From IMG/VR virus record IMGVR_UViG_3300035703_000021, positions 1 to 64,000 of that record: DNA of 64,000 bases; one strand, given 5' to 3'. Shown here one piece after another: positions 36,286 through 44,516 of the stretch. The stretch is from a virus. How positions within the stretch are numbered: position 1 is the first letter of the stretch; every line of letters starts with the position of its first letter. Both the position numbers and the translations under genes were made by a program. Below the pieces are notes generated by a model that was given only the letters and a program-made list of their open reading frames with translations, was not told the origin of the DNA and did not search any database.

Positions 36286-38450
36286 TAGAATTGACTCCTG
36301 AGTATGTTGATTTCGGCATCGGAAACATTCCTTCCGATGAATTGAGAAAGTTTTTCAACTCCAGCTTTAAAGATACTCTCTGCATCTTGATTAGATGCGC
36401 CGCCTATCTTAGATAGGTATCTGTTTCCTGCCACCGTTCCTGATAGCAAAGAGGCCGCTAAAGTATTTTTGATATCTGATATCGCGTTATTTATTTCATC
36501 GAAGGATTGCCCTTCTTTGAGTTTGGAGGATATTCCTCCCCAAAGCAGATTTTGCATTGGAGAAGACATGCCTTTTTCGCTTGGGGCTGGTGCGTTGGGG
36601 TGAGAAGTTCCAAAATACGATATTCCAAGAATCTTAAGAGCCTGTTTTTTAACAAATTCTTGCACTTCCGCCGAGGATGGATCCAAAGAAGTTGCATTTG
36701 CTTCTCGAAGATCATTATCAAGAACGTTTTTTGAGATCATTCCGATGTCCTTCCGCATATCTCCAGTCAAACTACCTCTTGAATTATTAAGAGCACCCTC
36801 ACTCAATTTTTTACCAGTGCCAGCTTGCGATAATGCCACCGAGGTTCCAAATTGAGACTTATACGCGGCGCTTTGAGCGTCATTGTATAAGCGTTTTTGT
36901 TCCTCTGGATTCTCGGAAAGCTGATTAAGCCTTTCCTTCTCTCCTAATGCTGATCTATATAACCACAGGAAATTATTATCGCTTAGATGGGTGTTCAACC
37001 CTCCTCGCGTAAAGACTCCATTATCAGGATGATCCCCACCACCCCTAGCTGACGGAAGTACGTGGTCCAACGTTAAAGTAAAAGGACCCATAATAGTTGG
37101 GTCTTGGGTGTATCCATCTATTCCTCCTTGAACAAGGTATTTTTTTAGCATACCTTTACCGCGGGTTGAGGTAATTTTGTCAGCGTAAACTGGTATTTTT
37201 TTGCCATCTTGGATTTCGTATCCGCCAAATATGTTTTTCCTAGGACTTCCAACCTTATCGAATCTGCCTTTAAGAGTGGGAGGAAGAAGCGGATAAATAA
37301 TGTCAACTATTTGATCCTGCTCTTCGGGGGTTAAATCTTTGAACGAATCTAGCGGAGATCCGAAGGTCTTTCTCTCGGATTCCTGCAGGTGCTCCTGCAT
37401 TACATCGGAGGATAGGTTTTCCGCCAACGCCGCTCTTTTCTTTTCCCTCTGGTTATAGGCGGAGAGTTTTTGTTCGTATTCTGCTTTAACAGCTTCTTTC
37501 TGTTCTTTGGGGAGCCCTTTCAAATTAGGTTTCTGCGGAGGATGCTCCGATAGATCTTCCTCCGTTAATCCAGCAGCTAATAGGGCTTTCTTAATGGGGC
37601 CATTTAGTACGGACTCTAGTTCACTGTAATTTCTAAACGCTCTCTGCTCCCCTTCTTCACTTGGATCTACCTGCGATACCGATCCATCTGAATTTAATTT
37701 GTATTCTAGGCTAAATTGTTTTACGTCCTGAGCGGTTTTGCCTTCTTTTACAGTATCTCCAGATATTCTTTTTCCGTCTCCGTCTACCCACAGAGACATG
37801 AATTCTAACACGCTAGTTGCACTATTTTTAAGTTTTGGATTACTGCCTAACTTTGATTCTACGTAGTTTCTAATGGTTGTTCTTTCTTTTCCTCTACCGA
37901 CCATTTGTGTGTCTATATACATAGACGGGTTACGATTACGATCTTTTAGAAAAGCTCCTCTCTGGGAGTGGGCTTGATTTAAAGTAGTAGATCCAGTTGC
38001 TTCTCCGCTGGGCTTTGGCCGCTTTTCTGATTTAGGTTCTGGTTTTGGTTTGGGTTGCTCTTCTTGCTTAGGTTGAGATTGCGTTTCTTCAGTTGCTCCT
38101 TTTCTATCGAGAGCCTTTGACATTCCCTCCTGGATCTGCGCCCCGGTTCTTTTTTGAGGAAGAGTTCTTACATTACCTTTTGGCTTAGGAGCCGTGCTAC
38201 TTTGAACGCACTGATCCCCTTGGGCATGGAATCCAGGATCGCATTTATGGACCATAGCTGCCTGCTTCCTGTTGCCATGAGCCGGCTGTTGCTTTAGTTG
38301 CCCAACAGCAAAGCTAACTGCCTCAGAAAACCCAACAACATCCCTACCCTCAAGAGCGGGCATCCTAGCCTCACCCTCAAACAGCTGTTCCGCTACCCAT
38401 TCAGTTTTATCCGCGATTCCCCAATCCTGAGGGGCATAATCCCCGAGCAT
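36285..38450 (-). CDS. Large late protein with HNH-like domain
   Basis: AT-rich; QGGIDGYT..LDHVLP..GG.DHPDN..N. Confidence 0.7.
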   Translation of the reverse strand: MLGDYAPQDWGIADKTEWVAEQLFEGEARMPALEGRDVVGFSEAVSFAVGQLKQQPAHGNRKQAAMVHKCDPGFHAQGDQCVQSSTAPKPKGNVRTLPQKRTGAQIQEGMSKALDRKGATEETQSQPKQEEQPKPKPEPKSEKRPKPSGEATGSTTLNQAHSQRGAFLKDRNRNPSMYIDTQMVGRGKERTTIRNYVESKLGSNPKLKNSATSVLEFMSLWVDGDGKRISGDTVKEGKTAQDVKQFSLEYKLNSDGSVSQVDPSEEGEQRAFRNYSELESVLNGPIKKALLAAGLTEEDLSEHPPQKPNLKGLPKEQKEAVKAEYEQKLSAYNQREKKRAALAENLSSDVMQEHLQESERKTFGSPLDSFKDLTPEEQDQIVDIIYPLLPPTLKGRFDKVGSPRKNIFGGYEIQDGKKIPVYADKITSTRGKGMLKKYLVQGGIDGYTQDPTIMGPFTLTLDHVLPSARGGGDHPDNGVFTRGGLNTHLSDNNFLWLYRSALGEKERLNQLSENPEEQKRLYNDAQSAAYKSQFGTSVALSQAGTGKKLSEGALNNSRGSLTGDMRKDIGMISKNVLDNDLREANATSLDPSSAEVQEFVKKQALKILGISYFGTSHPNAPAPSEKGMSSPMQNLLWGGISSKLKEGQSFDEINNAISDIKNTLAASLLSGTVAGNRYLSKIGGASNQDAESIFKAGVEKLSQFIGRNVSDAEINILRSQF

Positions 38451-38470
38451 AATTCAAGCGCTATTTACTT

Positions 38471-38504
38471 AGTCTTTAAACCCGTGTCTTTCAGTCTAAA
38501 GACC
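38471..38504. promoter_or_regulatory. Divergent late-type promoter pair
   Basis: GGGTTTAAAGACT on minus strand; GTCTAAAGACC on plus strand. Confidence 0.55.
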
Positions 38505-38523
38505 TCCGTAAACCAATTCTACC

Positions 38524-39723
38524 ATGTCATCATACACCCACGGCCACATCATCCCCCTGGTAGGAGGGAGCGTGGTCGGCACGACCCTGGCCCTGGAGAA
38601 GGATCCGGAGTGGATCGCGTCCTGGAGCGACTCATTCGGCGCCAATGATCAGTACTGCCTGAAGTACTTCGACAAGACCCCCTTCCACAATCTCGATGAG
38701 GGGAACTACCCCACAAAGTACGTCGATATTGTTACGTCCCTGCCGCCCTGCGCCGGCCTCTCGATGGCCAATACCACTTCCGGCGAGAAGGTCAACAACC
38801 CACGTGGTTGCTCGGCGCCCAGCAACATGCACATGTACCACGCAGCTGAGTTCGCCATGTCCAAGATCAAGCCTAAGGCCATGATGGTGGAGAATGCGCC
38901 GGCCCTCTACTCGAAGATGGGAGAGGAGTTCGCGGAGCGGATCAACTCACTGGCCGCGGAGCACGACTACTCCATGAGCCTGGTGAAGACCACCTCGATC
39001 AATCACGGGGTGCCCCAGGAGCGTACTCGCTCGTTCTTCTTCCTGTGGCAGGGGGACAAAGTCCCGGTGCTCTCTCCTGTGAAGCGTGACTTCGAGCCCT
39101 TCCACAAGTTCCTGAAAGCTGGTGGATTCGCTAAATCCGAGCCGGTCAACTCCAAGGGAACACCTAGCGCCGATCCGCTGTGGCAATTTATCGAGGAGAA
39201 GTACGCCGGCTACACCAAGCAGGACATTCTCTCCAAGGTGGCCTCGAAGCGCATGACGTCAGTCTGGAACGTTATCTACGAGTCGGGTTGGTTGGAGGAG
39301 GCCGCGAGAGTGGTCAAGGATGAGAAGGCCAATCGCTGGCTCAACTACACACTTGAGAAGAAGCGCGCCGGCAAGAACATCATGGACGGTAGTATGAAAC
39401 TGGCTTGGTATAGAACGCAGAGTCTGATGTGGAAGTCACTTCCGTATCTTATGCATCCCTACGAGGATCGTTGGCTAACAGTGGCCGAGGGCCTCGCGCT
39501 GATGGGGTTCCCGAAGGAGTACGCCGAGAAGGTCTCTATTCCCACCAAGCACAGCAATGTTATTGCGCAGAACGTGCCCGCGTGCACAGCCCGCGACTGG
39601 ATCCTGGAGGTGGAGGAGGCGCTCAAGGGCAATCGCGAGTGGGTGGAAAGGCCTAATGGCGCGATCCTGAGACAGAACAATACCACCTCCACTAAGCCCA
39701 TGGAGCCGATCTGGGCGCTCTGA
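38524..39723 (+). CDS. Atypical DNA cytosine-C5 methyltransferase-like protein
   Basis: PPCAGLS (IV), ENAP (VI), Q.R.R (VIII), RWLT..E (IX), AQNVP (X); motif I is IPLVGG. Confidence 0.85.
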   Translation: MSSYTHGHIIPLVGGSVVGTTLALEKDPEWIASWSDSFGANDQYCLKYFDKTPFHNLDEGNYPTKYVDIVTSLPPCAGLSMANTTSGEKVNNPRGCSAPSNMHMYHAAEFAMSKIKPKAMMVENAPALYSKMGEEFAERINSLAAEHDYSMSLVKTTSINHGVPQERTRSFFFLWQGDKVPVLSPVKRDFEPFHKFLKAGGFAKSEPVNSKGTPSADPLWQFIEEKYAGYTKQDILSKVASKRMTSVWNVIYESGWLEEAARVVKDEKANRWLNYTLEKKRAGKNIMDGSMKLAWYRTQSLMWKSLPYLMHPYEDRWLTVAEGLALMGFPKEYAEKVSIPTKHSNVIAQNVPACTARDWILEVEEALKGNREWVERPNGAILRQNNTTSTKPMEPIWAL

Positions 39724-39727
39724 GCGC

Positions 39728-40294
39728 TCAGTACACCAACTTATTCTTGATCTGCATCATCCCACCGAGAAGCGCCTGAGCTTCGCTCCCGTCCGGCTCG
39801 TGGAAGATGATCTCCGCTGTACTGGCCACGAACTCCTCTGGGGTCTGTGGCCTTTCCTCGTATGTTTTCTCGTAGAGCTCGATGGCCTGGTCCACTGTGG
39901 CTTCCACTCGTGCCTCGATGACCTCGTCGGTCATAGTGAAGGTTTTGTGAAGCGCCTCCGACTGTACCCACTTGCGCTGAACGAAGTCCACAAGAGCGAG
40001 AAGCTCCTTGCGGGTAAGAGTCTCGTCCTCCACGGCCTTCAGCAGCATGGAGATGATGAGCCGGGTCTGGGACTCGGAGTAGTTCCTGTGTGCAGTATTC
40101 CTCAGCCAGAAGATGTCTAACTCGTCGAAGAGGATCTTAAGGTTCTTAGCGCCGATCTTCTTTATCGCCTTTCTGTTCACGAAGTCGAGGATGAGGTCGA
40201 GCGCCGGTTCGAGCAGGCCCCACAGCACAGCGGCCTGGATGATGATTCCCCTCTCCGAGGGTCTCTTCTTCCCAAACGAAAAGTAAAAATCCAT
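39728..40294 (-). CDS. Membrane-anchored protein, paralog of 9589..10041
   Basis: Alignable core region. Confidence 0.7.
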   Translation of the reverse strand: MDFYFSFGKKRPSERGIIIQAAVLWGLLEPALDLILDFVNRKAIKKIGAKNLKILFDELDIFWLRNTAHRNYSESQTRLIISMLLKAVEDETLTRKELLALVDFVQRKWVQSEALHKTFTMTDEVIEARVEATVDQAIELYEKTYEERPQTPEEFVASTAEIIFHEPDGSEAQALLGGMMQIKNKLVY

Positions 40295-40302
40295 CTCTGA
40301 TA

Positions 40303-40332
40303 CAAAAAAAAAGAGGGAGTCGATGCTCCCTC
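40303..40332 (-). terminator. Intrinsic terminator
   Basis: GAGGGAG/CTCCCTC stem followed by long T-tract. Confidence 0.75.
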
Positions 40333-40338
40333 CGATCT

Positions 40339-40458
40339 TTAGACCACTACTGCGGCTTCTGATTTTCTAACTAACTGGGCCAGAGAGGCCGCTTGTCTGC
40401 GGTTCTCTTTCTCTTTCTGCTCCTTGATGAGCTGGAGGACGTTGATTGTTTTTGACAT
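40339..40458 (-). CDS. 39-aa peptide downstream of riboswitch
   Basis: MSKTINVLQLIKEQKEKENRRQAASLAQLVRKSEAAVVV with GGAG RBS. Confidence 0.7.
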   Translation of the reverse strand: MSKTINVLQLIKEQKEKENRRQAASLAQLVRKSEAAVVV

Positions 40459-40490
40459 TAGGTTGCTCCGTTACTTTTTAGGGTATTGGT

Positions 40491-40591
40491 GCGTTCCTTC
40501 AGTCGGCTTTTGCGGCCGTGGTGAGCGGCTGAACGATCCGTTCCGAGTCGGCTTACTTCCGTCGGAGAGGACTAACTCCCCGATGAACGAT
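40491..40591 (-). ncRNA. Tandem glnA-type glutamine riboswitch
   Basis: AUCGUUCAUC-stem-GACGGAAGUAAGCCGACUCGGAACGG followed by AUCGUUCA-stem-GCAAAAGCCGACUGAAGGAACGC. Confidence 0.75.
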
Positions 40592-40602
40592 CTATAGGTC
40601 CT

Positions 40603-41100
40603 TTAACCGAATGTGTACTGAAGCCACTCGGGAGAGCCTGAGTCAATAAGATTGAGCAGGAATCTGTTAGTGGGAACAAAAGGCTTTCTAGCGAGCTTCA
40701 TTCCGGTCTGCTCGAGAAGGGTGTCTCCCTTCTTCGTGTTGCACGTTGAGCAGGCTACCACCATATTCTCCCAGGTATCCTGACCTCCTCGGCTTCTGGG
40801 GATCACATGGTCGATGGTCAGGCGCCTTGTCGATCCGCAGTACTGGCACTTGTGCCCGTCTCGCTTGTATATAAGAGTCCGGGATGGTTTGACGGAATTG
40901 ATCTTGGTAAAAGGAATCCTTATGTACTCCACGAGCCGGATGACTTTTGCCGACACCACCGCCGCCTTCTCCTTGAGAAGCAGGATGATTGCTCTCTTCC
41001 AACTCGTGATATGAAGGGGCTCGTAGGACGCGTTGAGGACTAATACTTGTGTATTAGGCCTGATCGCTTTTACGTTTTCCGGTACCATCGCAGACTCCAC
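40603..41100 (-). CDS. HNH endonuclease (McrA-like)
   Basis: VLVLNASYEP, RD..CQYCG, TIDHVIPRSRGG, CSTCN.KKG. Confidence 0.9.
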   Translation of the reverse strand: MESAMVPENVKAIRPNTQVLVLNASYEPLHITSWKRAIILLLKEKAAVVSAKVIRLVEYIRIPFTKINSVKPSRTLIYKRDGHKCQYCGSTRRLTIDHVIPRSRGGQDTWENMVVACSTCNTKKGDTLLEQTGMKLARKPFVPTNRFLLNLIDSGSPEWLQYTFG

Positions 41101-41236
41101 ATTCTATTACTTCGTTAGGTAGTATACGCCCGTCAGGCGTGTTTTTCTCGATAATGAGGAATCCCCTGCCAGCGCAATTCCTACAAGACGATCTGTCAAT
41201 TTTGTCGATGAGACGCTGGCGAGGGATGGGGACCAT
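41054..41236 (-). CDS. Small zinc-finger protein (CxxCxGxG twice)
   Basis: CRNCAGRG..CGVCDGTG. Confidence 0.65.
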   Translation of the reverse strand: MVPIPRQRLIDKIDRSSCRNCAGRGFLIIEKNTPDGRILPNEVIECGVCDGTGKRKSDQA

Positions 41237-41240
41237 TGGT

Positions 41241-41738
41241 TTAGAACGATGCTGATTCGCAGTTGCCCTGGAGCTCCTCTGCTGGGTTCGCGGTGACGGG
41301 AGCATCACCGTTCACATTGTGATCCGGCCGGACCTGATTGTAGGCTTGTTTCTCCGCGGCGACGCGAGCGAACTCCTCGCCCGTCACCCCACCATAGGCG
41401 AGGACGGCACGATGAAATAGCAGTACGTCATACATCTCAGCGATGAATTCCTTGCGAAGTTCCGCGTTATCCATGAAACTACGCTCGCCGTTCTTCCAGC
41501 TCCGACGAGGGACGTAGACGCGGGCTTCGATCATCTCCTCTCCCATGTGACCGAAGTGCTCGATCATTTTCTGGTAGCGGAAGGAGAGTCCGTCGTCGTG
41601 GCGGGGAAGGCCAAGCTCGACCATCTTGTCGATGGCGACTAGATCATCGGGACCCATTTCGCCGACCTTGGACGCGTACTTCTGCTGTGCACCGAAGCCA
41701 TCATTGATGAATTGCACGTAATCGAAGGAAGCAGTCAT
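41241..41738 (-). CDS. All-alpha dCTP/dUTP pyrophosphatase (T4 gp56-like)
   Basis: EEMIE..WK..EMYD..F..G..EE..K..N..R. Confidence 0.7.
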   Translation of the reverse strand: MTASFDYVQFINDGFGAQQKYASKVGEMGPDDLVAIDKMVELGLPRHDDGLSFRYQKMIEHFGHMGEEMIEARVYVPRRSWKNGERSFMDNAELRKEFIAEMYDVLLFHRAVLAYGGVTGEEFARVAAEKQAYNQVRPDHNVNGDAPVTANPAEELQGNCESASF

Positions 41739-41792
41739 AGAGCTCTTAGTGAGTAAAGTTTGAATCCATCATATCACAGATGGGGGAGTATG

Positions 41793-43706
41793 TCAACCCT
41801 CGCAGGCCACGCATTCCCCGTAGGTCTTCTCCTTAGATCCGAAGTGCTCCGATAGGTGCTTGTACCCGCCGATGTACCGGTCATTAAGCCAGATCTGGGG
41901 CACCGTTTTCCAGTGCCATTCGGAGTCGGGAACGTCGGCTCTGTCAGTCTCGTTGATCGTCCAGCCCTGGCTCTTGAGCAGGGATTTAGCCATGGAGCAG
42001 TAGGGGCACTCCTGCTTGGTGATGATCCTGGCGATCTTCTGCTGTCCCAACGGTCTCTTCTTAACAAGCAGAGACGAGCTCTTCAGGTAATAGAGGGACT
42101 TAAGCCCAGCTTTCCAGGCGCTCAGGTGGAGCTTGAAGAGGTACTCGGGTGTGGATTCTGGGTCGACGAAGAGGTTGATGGATTGGCCCTGGCAGACGTA
42201 CTTCTGGCGGTCAGCGGCTTGCCTGATAATCTCGAACTGGTCGATCTCGCGGGCGGTCTTGAATACCTCCTTGGTATGAGGATCAAGAAACTCGAGGTGC
42301 TGAACCGACCCTCTGAACTCTAGAATCGCCTCCCAGGTCTCCTCGGTGTTGCGGCCGATCCGCTCTAGGTGCTCCACCAGGTACCTGTTCTTGCGAACAA
42401 AGGTCCCCTTGGCCTGCCTAGCAACGTAGTAGTTAGCGTCGATAGGCTCGATGCCTTCGCTCCCCGCTCCGCAGATGGCGGAGTTGGACTTGGTTGGGGC
42501 GATGGCCATGAGATGGGTGTGGCGAAGGCCGGTACCCTGGCACCACTCGGGCTCGCCGTAAGCGGCAGCCATCTCACGCGAGGCCTTCTGCGCCTTCTCC
42601 TTGATGAACCTGTGCATGTCGGTGTTGAGCTGGCGAGCCTCGTCGGAGGCGAATGGGAGCCCCTTCGACTGGTAGAGGGCGTGAAGGCCCATGGTACCCA
42701 GGCCGAGTGCCCTGGACTTGCGGGCGAAACGTACGGCTCTGCCTAGGGAGGTGATGCGATCGGCCTTGTGGCAGAACTCCTCGACAACCGCGTCGAGAAG
42801 GTACACCGCTAGCTCAGGGGCAGTCTTGCCAGTTGCAGGACCTTTCCAGTCCTTCCACTCCTCCCAGCGGGAGAGATTGAGCGATGAGAGAACGCAGACG
42901 AAGGTGTGGTTCTCGTCGGTGTGAAGGAAGATCTCGGAGCAGAGATTGCTTAGCTTAACGCTAAGCCCGCGCTGAAGGTAGCACTCTGGATTGGCTTTGT
43001 TGGCGTTGTCGGTGAAGATGATGTAGGGAGACCCTGACACCAGGCGGGCCTTAAGCACCTCGCCGAACAACTTCTGCTTCTCCCGGTCTCCGGCTAGCAG
43101 CTCCTCCACCCACTCGTTGGAGACGGTGATGGCTATGTTGCTGTCGATGAAGTCACGAGGGTCACCCTGCGAGTGGTCCTTGGAGCGAAGCACTTCAGGC
43201 AGGTCCGGGTGGTCGATAGGGAGATATAGGGCAAAACTGCCCCGCCTCACCCCACCCTGGGAGACTACCGCGGCGCACTGATCGAACTGCCTCATCCAGG
43301 GCACCACTCCGGTGCTCTTGCCCCCGCTCGAGATGGGAGCCCCGGCCGGGCGGATGTCCCCGAAGTAAGTCCCCACTCCGCCGCCATGCTGCGAGAGCGC
43401 AGCCGACTCCTTGAGGTGGGAGTAGATGGAAGGAACGGAGTCGGAGATGTGGTTCGAGTAGCAGCTGATTGGCAGGCCGCGTGACGTGCCGAAGTTGCTG
43501 GCCACCGGCGTCGCTAAACCGAGAAACCCGCGCCACAGCATCTCGAAGATGTCCCCGGAGAGTTCGGGGTAGTTGAGTAGCTTGGCGGCCTGATTGGCCA
43601 CCCGCTCGTACATACCCCTAGGCGTCTCGCCCTGATAGAGATAACCCCTTGAGAGGGTGTCGATGGCTTCTTTTGACATCCACGAGGGGACTTGGGGTTC
43701 GGACAT
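41793..43706 (-). CDS. nrdA: Ribonucleotide reductase class Ia alpha subunit with fused glutaredoxin
   Basis: ATP..NFG, ISC, QGG.RRG, SNLCSE, APT, QSIN, KSLYY; CPYC..TVPQI..IGGY; terminal CVACEG. Confidence 0.95.
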   Translation of the reverse strand: MSEPQVPSWMSKEAIDTLSRGYLYQGETPRGMYERVANQAAKLLNYPELSGDIFEMLWRGFLGLATPVASNFGTSRGLPISCYSNHISDSVPSIYSHLKESAALSQHGGGVGTYFGDIRPAGAPISSGGKSTGVVPWMRQFDQCAAVVSQGGVRRGSFALYLPIDHPDLPEVLRSKDHSQGDPRDFIDSNIAITVSNEWVEELLAGDREKQKLFGEVLKARLVSGSPYIIFTDNANKANPECYLQRGLSVKLSNLCSEIFLHTDENHTFVCVLSSLNLSRWEEWKDWKGPATGKTAPELAVYLLDAVVEEFCHKADRITSLGRAVRFARKSRALGLGTMGLHALYQSKGLPFASDEARQLNTDMHRFIKEKAQKASREMAAAYGEPEWCQGTGLRHTHLMAIAPTKSNSAICGAGSEGIEPIDANYYVARQAKGTFVRKNRYLVEHLERIGRNTEETWEAILEFRGSVQHLEFLDPHTKEVFKTAREIDQFEIIRQAADRQKYVCQGQSINLFVDPESTPEYLFKLHLSAWKAGLKSLYYLKSSSLLVKKRPLGQQKIARIITKQECPYCSMAKSLLKSQGWTINETDRADVPDSEWHWKTVPQIWLNDRYIGGYKHLSEHFGSKEKTYGECVACEG

Positions 43707-43796
43707 AGCGATTTGATGGGGTTCTATATTATAACAAGGTTAAGGCGACATAGTCGCTAAGTTAGTAAATAGTTTACTAACCGAGCGACCACGCTA

Positions 43797-44213
43797 CTAT
43801 TTTTTCTTTTTGATCAGCCCGTCATCGTGGGCCTGCTGTACGTTCTCTGAGCGCGTACCCCACTCCAGATTGGAGATGGCGTTGTTGGTTCCGTCGTTGT
43901 CCTTGTGGAGGATGACGATGTGCTCGCCCTTGGGCTTGGGAGGGCCGAATAGCTCCATCACCATCTGGTGCAGGGGCGGCTCCTCGCGTTTGCCATTCCA
44001 AGTGAGGTTGACGCGCTGGTGTTTGCGATCGTCGTCGCGGGGCTTGCGGTTCTCGCTGTCGCCTTTACGACGCACTTTGCCACTACTACTCACCTCGTAG
44101 GGAGAGTCCTTCCACTGCTTCCAGGTTTCCTTGGAGTCGGAAAAGCTCCGGCCACCCTGATCCCTTCCTTTGACCTTCCAGCCCTCGGGTACGTTCATGC
44201 TCAGATCGTCCAC
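43797..44213 (-). CDS. NUMOD4-HNH endonuclease with N-terminal VPEGW
   Basis: YEVSSSGKVR, HQMV..F, HKDND..NN..NLEW..EN. Confidence 0.85.
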   Translation of the reverse strand: MDDLSMNVPEGWKVKGRDQGGRSFSDSKETWKQWKDSPYEVSSSGKVRRKGDSENRKPRDDDRKHQRVNLTWNGKREEPPLHQMVMELFGPPKPKGEHIVILHKDNDGTNNAISNLEWGTRSENVQQAHDDGLIKKKK

Positions 44214-44516
44214 GCGTCGGTGATCTTCTTCTTATCCTGAAGAGCTCTCTTGTGAGCTTCGGCTAGAAGCCTATCGGCCTTGGGGTCCGTGATCAGGTAC
44301 GATGTCCCGTAGGTCTGGGACATGTACTTTTTGTCAGTGTCTGGGATCGGGTGAATTGCCATTGGAGAGTTGTTTTTCGCGATGCTTGTTAATCAGGTAG
44401 AAGTCGTGGGCTGTTTCTCCATCCTCAAAGATCTTGGGGCCGTGGGAAGTCTCCACAAGCCACCTTCCGTTTTGAATGCTGATCGGTTTTGAAATGGACA
44501 CGGGTCCTCCTTGCGA

